Below the pieces are notes generated by a model. That model saw only the letters and a list, made by a program, of their open reading frames with translations. It made no database searches and had not been told where the DNA came from. A stretch of DNA of 64,000 nucleotides from Octopus vulgaris. Taxonomy: Eukaryota. Shown one piece after another: positions 12,835 through 25,891 of this stretch. A program made the position numbers and the translations under genes. The DNA lies in the NCBI GenBank assembly GCA_951406725.2, contig OX597820.1:104036001-104100000 (forward strand), in the 5' to 3' direction. The first letter of the stretch is position 1, and every line of letters begins with the position of its first letter.

Positions 12835-13244
12835 ACGGAATCTGAATCATGGAAGATTAAAGGTAAGTTTTAGAAACAATAATTAAAAAAAAAAAATTAA
12901 ATACTGTATTTAATATGATTCCGATATTAGATACATATAACAGTTTCGGTTATTTTTAAAATGGGAAGATCTGAATATGGGAAAATGGTATTCCTGAAAA
13001 ATAGCATCGGAAATTATCTTGTGCGCCAGAAACTGATTTTCTTTGAATCTTTTACTTGGACTGTGGCCAAGCTGGAACACCGTCTTAAAGAGTTTAATCG
13101 AACTCCAGTATTTACTTTTTCTTCGGCCTGATATTTATTTTATAAGTCATTTTTGCCGAACAACTAAGTTACGGGGACATAAACACACCAATATTGGTTG
13201 TCAAGCGATTGTGAGGGAACACACAAACACACACATGCACATAC

Positions 13245-13285
<41 letters not shown>

Positions 13286-13432
13286 CGACGGGCTTCTTTC
13301 AGTTTCCGTCTACCAAATCCGCTCACAAGGCTTTGGTTGGCCCGAGGCTATAGCAGAAGAGCAGAAGACACTTGCCCAAGGGGACTGAACAGTAGGACTG
13401 AACCCGGTACCATGTGGTTGGTAAGCAAGCTA

Positions 13433-13492
<60 letters not shown>

Positions 13493-13785
13493 ATATATAT
13501 ATACATATATATATGTTTCTGTATTCCATTATTGTTTTTGTTTTTTTATATCTGTCCCTTTTGCTGTCCTGGTGTTCGTATGCATTCGATCCTTCTTCCA
13601 GGAAATCTACGCTTCCATATTTTTCTATAGGGCTATCTAGTAATCTCAAGATTAATCAGCCGAAATTACTACGATGATCCGGTTCTTGACTGAAGACTGA
13701 GGGTTTCGAATGTCCTGTCTGTGTTTATTGTGTCGTCTTCTAGGAGTTATACGTTCTTGTCCATGTTGTGTTTTTCTACATACCT

Positions 13786-13818
<33 letters not shown>

Positions 13819-14483
13819 CATATATGGCTATAGGACGTCACCAACTGTGTAAACAACATGAAGTACGAAAACAAATGAGTTAAATACGCAAATAAGAGAA
13901 AGAAATAGAAAACAGGACAAGTAATAAGGAGAACGACCCTTCATCAGTTGTCGGCTGTCTATCTACTCCTCATTTCGAGAATTCAACGACAATATGAATC
14001 TTCGAAGACAGTTGCTCCCATAAATTCCAAAATAAAATATTGAATTTATGGAGGGTCTGGAACAAAACCAGGACAGTGGACCGATCCTCCATGTTTGTTT
14101 TCGTTAGGTTTCTTTGTATGTTTCCACATCCTACTACTATCATAACACTCCCGCATTCTTCCACTCCTCCTCCTCTCCTCCTCCTCCTTCTTCTTATTCT
14201 TCTCTGCCAAGAATTCACAACGACCTCGAACCCACAAGATTAAACAAGAGAGACAGAAACAGGCAGAAACAAGGAAAATACTCCTTGTATTCGAATACTA
14301 TGCAAATATTCTTTTCAAAGACTTTTCTTTTAATTTTTCCAAAATTTAATTGTTTTCCATACTTACAGTTAAAAAAGTCTCAATTAATGAAACCGGTACT
14401 GAAATGTTTTTTATAAAATTACTTTAGCATTTTCTACCTTGACATTTTTTTCCATATATATCAACTCGCATGTTCCTTTTCAA

Positions 14484-14601
<118 letters not shown>

Positions 14602-14751
14602 CAGTAAAACAATTAGGATTCAAATGAATTCCAATGAATTCAAATGAATGCGGTACTTAACTTAGATGCACCAGAAATCTTTATGGTATTAACCATAAAA
14701 TAATGTGGGGTGATTATAAACAGGAAAAAAGCAACAAGAATGGATTAGTTG

Positions 14752-14840
14752 TTCAGTACGATTGTTTCATACGAAGAACATATTTATTTAAAGCTGCAAA
14801 TATTGCAGTAAATACAAGTGTCCCGTATTCATCAGCCAAA
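14752..14840 (-). ncRNA. Type I hammerhead motif, inverted copy of 16134-16222
   Basis: Reverse complement reads tttgg-CTGATGA-atacg...cgtat-GAAA-c-aatc-g-TA-ctgaa; one change breaks the loop III palindrome. Confidence 0.7.
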
Positions 14841-15821
14841 ACACATATGAGTTTTCCAAACATCCTAGGGAGTGAGGCTACACTCATGAAGTATCAAAGA
14901 GAGTTCTATGAAAAGCAAAGTTAGGTTGTAAGCAGACTTAAAATGTTTTCTAATGACGCACAGTTTTATAAAAGGTTTTTAAAAAGATTGTTAGCTTCTC
15001 AGAAAAGGTAAATCCATCCGTAATAATGCAGGTGTAATTTCCGGAGATATGAGGAAAGATTTTATTCACAGAGAAGATGAATGTATCCATAATAATGATG
15101 CAGATGTAATTTCCTGATATATGAGGAAAAGATGTAGATCACACATCTATTCATTTCACAAACTAAGTTGTTGGAAGAAGAGATTGGCTATAGTGGCTAA
15201 AAGAAGTCGCAAAAGAAGTCAGTGATGCAGAAGCCGCCCAAATAAGGACATTATGGGAGGGAGGGGTAGGGGAATAAGACGGCGTAAGTACACTATCTAC
15301 AAAGGTTAGCTTATTTATGTGGTGACAGAAAATCTGGGTCAGTGTTGCAGGAATTTAAGATTTATAAGGGGACATTATTTTTGACCAGCAAACAGCTATT
15401 AACTGCCACTCCTACAGGATAAAGAATATAAAGAGATCAAAGGAAAGAGTTAAAGGGGTCAAAGGCTATCAATAGAGGAAGATACAGTAAGAAATTTAAG
15501 GGCAACACTAGAACAGAAGGTTATTTATTTATTACTGTTTCTATTTTTACTAATGTTTATATATTGTAAGACAGAATTTAGGTCAAAACCTAGAGGTCAG
15601 ATAATTTCTATAGTAAAAGGTGTGAGAGTTTTGCTTATTCAAAATATAGTGAAAATTCTTTATATTATTATTAAGGGAGTAGTATTACCTATTAAATTTA
15701 GAATAGAATTAGGAAGTATTAGCAATTTATTTAATTTAGGTTAGGTTAATTAAAATGACTATATAGTCAATTAAAACTTGGCATCGTACGAATACTATTT
15801 GTTTTTTTGTGTTTTAAACAG

Positions 15822-16045
15822 GTACAGTTAGAAAGAAAGAACACCTGTGGAAGAGCTCACAGATTTCTATTTAAAATATATAAGAGTTTTGCTTTTTTAG
15901 TAAATACAAGATAGACCTAACTCTATACTGTTATTCTATACGATTTTTATTTAAAATATTTAAGAGTCTTGATTTTTGAGTGAATACACGACTGACCTAA
16001 TTCAATACGGTTATTTAATAAATTTTATTTTTTCTATGCTTTAAA
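15822..16045 (+). other. Alternative candidate terminal exon of the orphan gene
   Basis: Acceptor gtttttttgtgttttaaacag ends at 15821, with AATAAA at 16017-16022. It lies inside a PLE-like inverted-repeat element, so it may be fortuitous. Confidence 0.3.
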
Positions 16046-16133
16046 ATTTCATGTCTCCATGGAGCAGAATTGGCAACCTACCCTTCATGAGTGTAGCCTC
16101 ACTCCCTAGGATGTTTGTAAAACTCATATGTGT

Positions 16134-16222
16134 TTTGGCTGATGAATACGGGACACTTGTATTTACTGCAATATTTGCAGCTTTAAATAAATCTGTTCTT
16201 CGTATGAAACAATTGTACTGAA
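16134..16222 (+). ncRNA. Type I hammerhead ribozyme motif (PLE type), intact core
   Basis: tttgg-CTGATGA(16139-45)-atacg...cgtat-GAAA(16206-09)-c-aatt-g-TA(16217)-ctgaa. Stem II is perfect, stem/loop III is the palindrome ACAATTGT, cleavage triplet GUA, and stem I is 5 bp with two G-U pairs. Confidence 0.75.
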
Positions 16223-16252
16223 CAACTAATCCATTCTTGTTGCTTTTTTCCT

Positions 16253-16312
<60 letters not shown>

Positions 16313-16484
16313 TCTCTCTCTCTTTACTCTTTTACTTGTTTCAGTCATTTGACTGCGGCCATGCTGGAGCACCGCCTTTAATCGAGCAACTCGACCCCGG
16401 GACTTATTCTTTTGTAAGCCCAGTACTTATTCTATCGGTCTCTTTTGCCGAACCGCTAAGTATATATATTATTTATATTATTAT

Positions 16485-16568
16485 TTAATTGAACGCCACG
16501 CATTCATTTGCAAGTAAGTATATTTATATATAAACTTACTTGCAAATGAATGCGTGGTGTTCAATTTA
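16485..16568. repeat. Hairpin (arms about 35 bp)
   Basis: attgaacgccacgcattcatttgcaagtaagt / acttacttgcaaatgaatgcgtggtgttcaat. Confidence 0.9.
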
Positions 16569-16580
16569 ATAATTTAGACA

Positions 16581-16632
<52 letters not shown>

Positions 16633-17012
16633 TTGTGTATGTAGGGGGGGTGCATATATGGGTACAGGACGTCGGCAATTGTGTAAACAGCATGAAGTAT
16701 GAAAACAAACAAGTTAAATACACAAGCAACAAGAGAGAAAAAATGTAAAACAGGACAAGTAACAGAGAACAACCCTTCATCAGTTGTCGGCTGTCTATCA
16801 AGTCCTCATTTCGTGCATTCTACGATAATATGAGTCTTCGAAGACAGTTGCCCCTATAGATTCTAAAATAATATTTTGGATTTATGGAGGGTCAAAGTTG
16901 GCAACACAACAAGACAATGGAGACATATAAGGAAACCGAACAAAAACAAACATGGAGGATCATTCCACTGTCCTGCTTTCATATTGTTTACACAGTTGGT
17001 GACATCATGTAC

Positions 17013-17097
<85 letters not shown>

Positions 17098-17650
17098 TAT
17101 ATATGTATGTAATGATATATGTATGTATGTATGCATGCATGTATGTATGTATGTATGTATGCATGCATGTATGTATGTATGTATGCATGCATGTATGTAT
17201 GTATGTATGTATGTATGTATGTATGTATGTATGTATGTATGTATGTATGTATCTATGTAGCAATGTATCTATGTATGTATGCATGTATGTATGTAAGTAT
17301 ATGTGCGTATGTTTTTATTTAGTTATAATTATTTCTACTTATACACCAAATGAATGAAGATGTGTGTCTGTGTGTGTAAGGGTACAGGTGAATAAATTCT
17401 TCCTCTGTTCTAGCATCTATTTATGACTGATTAAGTGACTGTGAAAGGAATCAAGAACAGCTAACATTAAGTTTACGAGCAGATCGACAGACAGGTTGGT
17501 ATCCCGCTGAGGTAATACGTTGGACACACGTCGTTTGAAGAGAAATGCTTACAGACAAAAGTGATAAGTAATTCTTTTAGTTTACATTTTGGCAACTTTA
17601 TTATCTTAGAGTGTTAATCCATTTTCATAAAAAGTAACACTTGTTTATGC

Positions 17651-17885
17651 TTAAGATAATAGATAGAGCTTTTCGGAGTGACCCCGCAGCCCACGCTCTG
17701 GAGCAGGAGTGAAGAACAGCTCTTTCGAGGGGTTACACTTTCCGCTTATGATGTTGTGAGCGAGAATGAGATCACCACGGCGTCGTCGTTTTTCAAGAGA
17801 AAAAAGGTCGAGCGTCTTCAGCCTTTCTTCGTAAGACAAATGTTTGAAACCAAGAACCATGCGGGTAGCCAGCTTCATAGATGTT
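17651..17885 (-). mobile_element. CR1/L2-group LINE ORF2 C-terminal fragment
   Basis: ATRMVLGFKHLSYEERLKTLDLFSLEKRRRRGDLI...LRGHSEKL is the typical CR1-group C-terminus. Confidence 0.8.
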
Positions 17886-19163
17886 TCTCCTAGGTATTTC
17901 TTATTGATAAAAGCTAAGAAGCTAGAACAATCAAAATTGCTGGCCTTGTGCCAAGACTTGAAATCAATTTAAAGTTAATTTTAACCGGCCACTTGCTTGG
18001 TAGTAAGGTTGTATAGTAAAACGTCTTGTTTTGTTCATCGTCCTTTAAGTCTCAAGAAAGTCTTAAGATTTTTATAGATGTTCCAAGGCTGCAGTTTTGC
18101 ACTTATGTAGACGGAAATTCGCTTGGTCATGGTCATAGGCTTTGTGATAGTTTTTCGGATGCCCTTAATTTTAAAAAATCTTACAGGCATAGCCGTGTGG
18201 TAAGAAGTTTGCTTCTATCCATCCACATGGTTTTGGTTTCAGCACCACTACGCTAGACCTTGGCAAGTGTCTTCTACTATAGCCCTGGGCCTTGTAATGC
18301 CTTGTGAGTGAATTTGGTTGATGAAAACTGTCATCTGTGTGTGTGTGTGTTGTATGTTTATGTTTGAATGCGTGTGTACGGGCTTTGTATCACTGTCCCT
18401 CCCTTCACTACTTGACAACCGGTAATGGTTTGTTTGTGTCACCTTAACTTAGCGGTTCGGCAAAATAGACCAATACTGCAAGTACCAGACTTACGTGTAC
18501 TTACTAGGGATTGATTAGTTCGACTAAACCCCTCAAGACGATGCCTCTAACATAACCGCAGTCCAATGCCTGAAACGAGTGAAAGAAAAGATTATTAACA
18601 ACGAAGAATGCACAATTATTATTACAAAAGAAAATTACTTCTGTAATGAGGAACGCGTATTTTCTAGAAACGGAAATTGATTTTCTTGATAATAACTCTT
18701 AAATCTCAATGTTAGTAATCGGAAAATAATTCATTTGAAGTAGTATTCCTTCAAGAAAAATAAACATATATTCCCAATAAAAATAGAACTGAATATAATT
18801 TTTTTCATTTGCATTCTTTTCTTGTTTGTTTGTGTGAGTGTGTGTGTGTGCGTGTGTCTGTGTATGTCTGTGTCTGTGTGTGTGTGTGTGTGCGCGCGCG
18901 TATGTATGTATGTGTGTGTGTGTGTATGTGTGTGTGTGTGTGTGTGTGTGCGTGCGTGCATTTTTATAGAGTGTGACATTCCTGGGTCTACTGAAGTTTG
19001 TCAGCATTTCGCAGGCACGTGGTTTCGGGTTAGGACTCCCTGCGTGACACCTTGGACAAGCATTTTCTGTTCTAGCTCTCAAATACCTACATGTGACCGC
19101 GTGTGTACCGTTGGCGATTTTTTTCCCTCTGTCTTCCCTTCTCTGGATCTTTCCTTCTCCTAT

Positions 19164-19198
19164 GTTTCCGACGAAGAGCTCCGCTCGAAACGTTAAAC
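19164..19198 (+). ncRNA. Degenerate minimal hammerhead motif
   Basis: gttt-CCGACGA-a-gagc-tcc-gctc-GAAA-cg-TT-aaac. Stems I and II are perfect, with an ACGT palindrome, but core U4 is C, so it is probably inactive. Confidence 0.5.
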
Positions 19199-19289
19199 CG
19201 TCCTTCTTTCCTGAGCGCCCAATAATACTATATTTGTTCCACGTCCTCGCATTGTTGTGTTTTTTTTTGTTTTCTTGTTTGGACTAACT

Positions 19290-19338
<49 letters not shown>

Positions 19339-19764
19339 AATTAAGGACTGCACACGAAAAGTGGACAGTCAACATGCTAGATATAGACGTCAAATCGCCA
19401 TTCTCCACAAAAAGTTTATGTTCTCAGATCAAACTCAACAAAACCAAAGCAATAAACAAGTGAAAAATATACGAAATAAATATTTACCCATGTACTAAAT
19501 TTAGTTTCAGCTGTTATTTTCCGCAAGGAAAAGTGCAGCATCATCAGCATGGTCCCATATAAAATGTAATTTGCTGGACTAAATGCCAACACGACACCAA
19601 AATATCGCGTGCATGGAGTCCGGCCTATTACATTTGAAATATATATTTCAAATGCCTTTACTTTTGGCGCGATGAGAAACCTAACCTAACCCGAAACCAC
19701 GTGCCTGCGAAATGCTGACAAACTTCAGTAGACCCAGGAATGTCACACTCTATAAAAATGCACG

Positions 19765-19819
<55 letters not shown>

Positions 19820-20154
19820 ACACACACATACATACATACGCGCGCGCACACACACACACACACACAGACACACACAGACACACGCACACACACACACTCA
19901 TCGCGCCAAATATTTATTTCGTATATTTTTCACTTGTTTATTGCTTTGGTTTTGTTGAGTTTGATCTGAGAACATAAACTTTTTGTGGAGAATGGCGATT
20001 TGACGTCTATATCTAGCATGTTGACTGTCCACTTTTCGTGTGCAGTCCTTAATTGGTATATATAAATATTTTAATCTTCGGATTCTTTCTTTAATATGCT
20101 AGACCACTGGTTCTAATTGATAAATATCAATTTTTACCCTAAATTTAATTTTAT

Positions 20155-20194
<40 letters not shown>

Positions 20195-20211
20195 GAATGA
20201 AACAAGTAAAA

Positions 20212-20269
<58 letters not shown>

Positions 20270-20509
20270 TTTTACTTGTTTCATTCATTTGACTGCGGCC
20301 ATGCTGAAGTACCGCCTTGAAGGGTATTTTTAGTCGAAGAAATCGACCCCAGGACTTATTCTTTGTAAGCTTAGTACCTATTCTATCGGCCTTTATTTCC
20401 GAACCGCCAAGTTACAGACATAGACACACCAGCATAGGTTGTCAAGCGATGGTGGGGCGACAAACACAGACACAAAGACACACACACATACAAATATATA
20501 TATTTATAT

Positions 20510-20579
<70 letters not shown>

Positions 20580-20951
20580 GGTAAATATTCAAATGAATAT
20601 CCATAAAGATATTTTTATTGTTATTATTGCCTGCGGTAAATTTTAATAATAGATAATAACAAAAGTATAGGTGGTAACAAGTAATAATAGCGTTCAATAG
20701 CTATAGAGTAAAATATATAATTATAATTACGTATAATTACAATAGAGGGCGTATAATGCGCCTACTTACTGGAGAGGGACACTAAATCCTCAAATAAACC
20801 ACCGAATTACACTGAAATATACAACAGACCAATAGAAATCGGACTAGTGAGTAATGATTCCTCAGAATCAAGGCTTTAGCCAGAACTCGAATCCATGATA
20901 TAAATATATCCAATTCTTCATTCTACAGCTTTGGTTTGTAATGCTTCTAAT

Positions 20952-21065
<114 letters not shown>

Positions 21066-21122
21066 ATGTATGTATACATATATATATATGTGTGTGTGTG
21101 TGTATGTATGTATATGTTTATG

Positions 21123-21168
<46 letters not shown>

Positions 21169-21175
21169 AACACAA

Positions 21176-21220
<45 letters not shown>

Positions 21221-21223
21221 ATA

Positions 21224-22680
21224 AATTAATAAATAAATAAAACATATGCATATATACATACATATATGTACGTACCTACCTCTACATGTATATATACATG
21301 CATATATGGGACAGGAAATGGACATTTTTCTTAAACAACGAAAAAATAGAGTACTGGACATACAAAACAAGGAAAATTCCCTTTCTTCTGTCGCCTTTGT
21401 TTCATCTACTCCACGTTTCGAAGGTCAAGGCGATACATGACTTTAATGAAACAATCCTTCCCGCGAAAATCAAATTAAATAAAATTTGAAATTTTTTTGC
21501 GGAGGGGTAAAAATGTTAACAAAAACAGGACAGTAACGACAGTACAAAATATAAACAGTAAAAGACAGGACAAGGAGAATAACAGTAACACAAACAAGAA
21601 GGGCTGTTAAGCCCAACGAGATAAAATTTTTTACGAACGCTATTTTTTGAGAACGGCGAGGGAGCAACAGATGTGCCGTCTCTACTTGAAGGTAGCCAGG
21701 ACAGAAAGACAGTAGCAGAGTTCTCGTCGCGGATCAACGACGAGACGGAGGGAGAGGAGTAAGAGAAAGGGAGAGAAAAAAAGGGAATGGTTGTAGAAAA
21801 AAGAATGAAGAATGAGAGAGAGAGGGAGAGACAGTAAGGTAGAAGAAAAGGAAAGCCAAAAGAATGAAGGCTGAGAAAGGGAGGGGGAGAGAAAGGTTAA
21901 GAGTGCGCATCATTATTAATATTAAGAACAATCTTACTTAGAAATGCATGCGTGCGTTCCGTCATATACGTAAGTAAATTAATAAATAAATAAAACATAT
22001 GTATATATACATACATATATGTACGTACCTACCTCTACATGTATATATACATGCATATATGGGTACAGGACACCAAAAAAACGTCGAACACTATGAGAAA
22101 CGAAAAGATAAACACAAAACCAAGGAAATGGACATTTTTCTTAAACAACGAAAAAATAGAGTTCAGGACATACAAAACAAGGAAAATTCCCCTTCTTCAG
22201 TCGCCTTTGTTTCATCTTACGGAAATTAAAATGTATGAAGCAATCAAAAGAGCGTATGTAAACCGTTATTTAAATGAAGAATCAACTCTATCATAATACC
22301 TTATGTAATAAGGACGTTGGGTGAGCAACGCGCCAGCAGATTATTTATTTTTAGTATTGTCGCGAGGTTTGTTTCGTCACCATTATTATGGAGTTATGAT
22401 GTTGGTGGTGTTTCATTGTTGAAGATCATTGTCGTGTGGTCTAGCTGGTTGCATGTATAATAAACTCATTTAACTTTTAACATATTTACTGATGGACATG
22501 ATTTGTTGTGTTGGCTATCCAGAAATGAAATATGCAGATAAAATAACCGCCAGTTCCGAGGAGATCTTGCTGAAGGCGAGTTGTGTGAATGTCCGAAGTC
22601 GTATCTTGCTTGAGATGATCTACCCGAGAGCCTGAGATGGTCTGCCTGAGTGCAGACCATCTCTGTCTAAGTAAGGCACC
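21224..22680 (-). mobile_element. PLE-like remnant with tandem direct repeats
   Basis: About 21224-21410 is repeated at about 21976-22217, the first copy with an internal deletion. The adjacent minus-strand frame reads HNKSCPSVNMLKVK*VYYTCN, resembling the Cys-rich linker and start of a PLE GIY-YIG domain. Confidence 0.4.
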
Positions 22681-23008
22681 AAACTGTTTAAGTAGGGTAA
22701 AAGGAGGGACAAATTTTAGATCATCCGAAAAGCCATATCACGTCACATCTTCACACTGATTGGTCGATTTATAGTATAGATCAATCCCGTGAAACTCTAG
22801 TGGCTTACTCGTGATCCTAAACTGAATATTTGGTGGCTGGGGTTTGAATCCCGACAGTATTAAGTTTTCCCTTTCTGTATTCTAAGTTTTAATTTCTCTT
22901 GGGATCAACTTCACCTCTCTCTGCTTCGTATGGAGGAGAGATTTAGATAAAACAGGCATCCTAAAGATAACGTAATCCACTATACTGATTCCTTATATAA
23001 TATTTCTA

Positions 23009-23423
23009 GGCGGCGAGCTGGTAGAAACGTTAGCACGCCGGGCGAAATGCTTAGCGGTATTTCGTCTGCCGTTACGTTCTGAGTTCAAATTCCGCCGAGG
23101 TCAACTTTGCCTTTCATCCTTTCGGGGTTGATAAATTAAGTACCAGTTACGCACTGGGGTAGATGTAATCGACTTAATACCTATGTCTGTCCTTGTTTGT
23201 CCCCTCTGTGTTTAGCCCCTTGTGGGTAGTAAAGAAATAGGTATTTCGTCTGTCGTTACGTTCTGAGTTCAAATTCCGCCGAGGTCGACTTTGCCTTTCA
23301 TCCTTTTGGGGTCGATAAATAAAGTACCAGTTTCGCACTGGGGTCGATGTAATCGACTTAATCCCTTTGTCTGTTTTTGTTTGTCCCCTCTATGTTTAGC
23401 CCCTTGTGGGCAGTAAAGAAATA
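23009..23423 (+). mobile_element. SINE family A with internal tandem duplication
   Basis: Body repeated twice; flanking tatactgattccttata duplicated at 22981 and 23424. Confidence 0.85.
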
Positions 23424-23488
23424 TATACTGATTCCTTATACAAGTAGCTTCTTGCACTAACTTCCTTTTTTCTTCTTTACTTATCTAG

Positions 23489-23600
23489 GTATGCTATGTA
23501 TCCATTTTTAACCGGTAATGAAGGCGCTGGCAACTTAAAACAGCTACAAAGCAAGAATTGTAAAGCAATATAAAAATAAAGCATATTTGTTTGTAAATGG
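23489..23600 (+). other. Candidate non-coding terminal exon of the orphan gene
   Basis: Strong pyrimidine tract cttccttttttcttctttacttatctag ends at 23488. AATAAA at 23575-23580 is followed by T/GT-rich sequence. The link to the donor at 12863 is inference. Confidence 0.4.
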
Positions 23601-25891
23601 ACTCTCCGTGGTTTAGTTATTTTTTACCTTGTTTCAATTTACTTTAAGAATTTTTGGTATGTGTGTGTGTTTGCGCCGTGTGCATCGAAGGCTACATTAT
23701 CTAAAGTATCTCTTTTGAAAAAGATAAGGTGTAATTTAACGATTTAGCCGGTTAAACGATTACGTAAGATGCTCTCTCGTTGACTCATCTTGTACAGCAG
23801 AGATTGTCAATCTTTTTTTTTCCAGCGCACTCCATCATCATGTCGGACATTGTCAGTGTACCCGTCACCATGTCGAACATTGTCGGCATACCCCATTGTG
23901 AAGAATATAGTGTAAAATGGCTCGATAGGAAAGATCAGACAATAGACATGTGTTCTCAAAGGTAAGGACCGATGGTCACTTGGTACCCGTGTCGTCACAT
24001 ACGAACTTAGAACATGGAGTATCCAGACAAAAACTACAATGCACTTTGTCCAACCACCACCACCACCACCACATCAAGGATGAGCAGTGAAGTTGACTTT
24101 ATAGGATTTGAGAGTAGGAGCAAATGCCGTAAGGCGTCTTATTCCAACGCTTTGGCAATTCTTCCAGTCACTTGCTTTGGTAATTCTAACCAGAGGTACA
24201 AATAAAAATATATATTGACAGATCTCCATTACATATCTTCAGGAAATTTACAAACATTTTCACAGTGATGCGTAACGAATTGTTAGAGATACCTGGAGTG
24301 ATTTGTCACGGCATAATTAACAAGCTGGTGCTAGACGATGCTCAAGTGCGAAAACGAAAACGAAAAAGAAAGAATCGTTCATGCTTCGCTTGATTACAAA
24401 ATCGAAAAAAAAAAAACAGCGTTTGATTAAATCATGTTTGATATAGGAATAAAGAAAATACTCCATGGAAAGGAATGTTGGATCGGACTTTGCCTTTCAT
24501 CCTTTCGGGGTCGATAAATTAAGTACCAGTTACGCACTGGGGTCGATGTAATCGACTTAATACCTATGTCTGTCCTTGTTTGTCCCCTCTGTGTTTAGCC
24601 CCTTGTGGGTAATAAAGAAATAGGTAACATAGCGGGAGTTTCGACCACCCAGTGCGGTAACTAGATTGGCAACTCCCCTTTCTGTAAACGTAACAGCAAA
24701 CACAAGTGGCCTCACCCTTCCTTAAACGTGATCTACCTTTGCCTACAACAAAAACATACAGATAATGTGACCGTCCATTTCTTTAAACGACATTAAACAT
24801 ACATACATACATCTATGAAGTGGCTGTCTTGTATTGAGTAGTAAGACAGCGATAACAATGCTAATTTGTTTTAGCCAAGTGCATATTGGAAGGCCGCAGT
24901 GAATTGTGTGTAATCTAATAAAGAAAATTGCTCCTAAATATACAATTAAAATGGCATTGGATTTATTTCATGAACAATGTAATTTTACGTAATTAAAATT
25001 TATAAACTAACAACTTTATACCAGCGCTGACTTTATCGCACTAACTGACCGTATTTGATGCACCGTAATCGTATGGAAAATAAACCTACCCCATATAAAT
25101 CTGCTTATATAGGTTATTTTCTGCAAATGACTGAAATATTTGTTTTCGCCTTTGTTTTCTCCGTGTTCTTTAATGAATAGATAACCCGATTTAGTCGGAG
25201 GATTTGCCCAGAGAAATTGTCTAAGATTGTTAGATCTGACGACAAATTCTTCGTATTTACTATAGCTATCATCTCGATATTTCTATTGATTAAGATTATT
25301 ATAACCAGAATTGTATTAAAGCATATTAATTATTTTACATATGTTAAAATTATTACAAAAAGCAAACTTATTTTGAATTTAAATTTTACATTTCGAATAG
25401 ATCTATATTGAAAATCATGTTCGTTTTCTTGTGTATGAAAACAAACCCAACTTATTTGTATTATTAATATCGTTGAAATGTGTTTTGATTATCGCTATCC
25501 CCTATTTTTGTTCGATTTCAGTTACTTTACAGCTCTTCTTTTACATGATTTAATCAAAGAAAGGACAGCACCCATAATCTCTTTTCAGTACCTTCTAGAC
25601 AGATGAGATAAAGGTAGGAAGTTGCCCTCAAGTCGGAGATTTGGCTCGAAAGTTTACACTAGAGTGGACTCTGCTAAAGGCTACCAAACGGCATGTGGAG
25701 ATGTTAAACCAAGCGACCGGTTAAACCCACCACAAAAACAAAACAGGAACTATCCTTCCAATGGATTTTCACATAGCCTCTGTCCAACAAATTTCACGCA
25801 TTAGACTTTGGTCGACCGGATGCTATGGTGCAACACAAAGTGTCACGCAGTTTATTTGAACCCAAAACTGTGTTGTTGCGAAGTAAGCTGC

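Larger units (their letters stand above)
14715..16259. mobile_element. PLE-derived element bounded by 177-bp inverted repeats carrying hammerheads
   Basis: 14715-14891 is the reverse complement of 16083-16259, with about 3 mismatches by eye. Both ends sit near (TA)n tracts. Confidence 0.7.

Noticed and set aside
13930-13985. CTGATGA and CGAAA on the minus strand in a repeat family (also ~16770-16815, 21385-21425, 58600-58680)
   Set aside because: GAAA precedes the core and I could not build consistent stems or a cleavage triplet.
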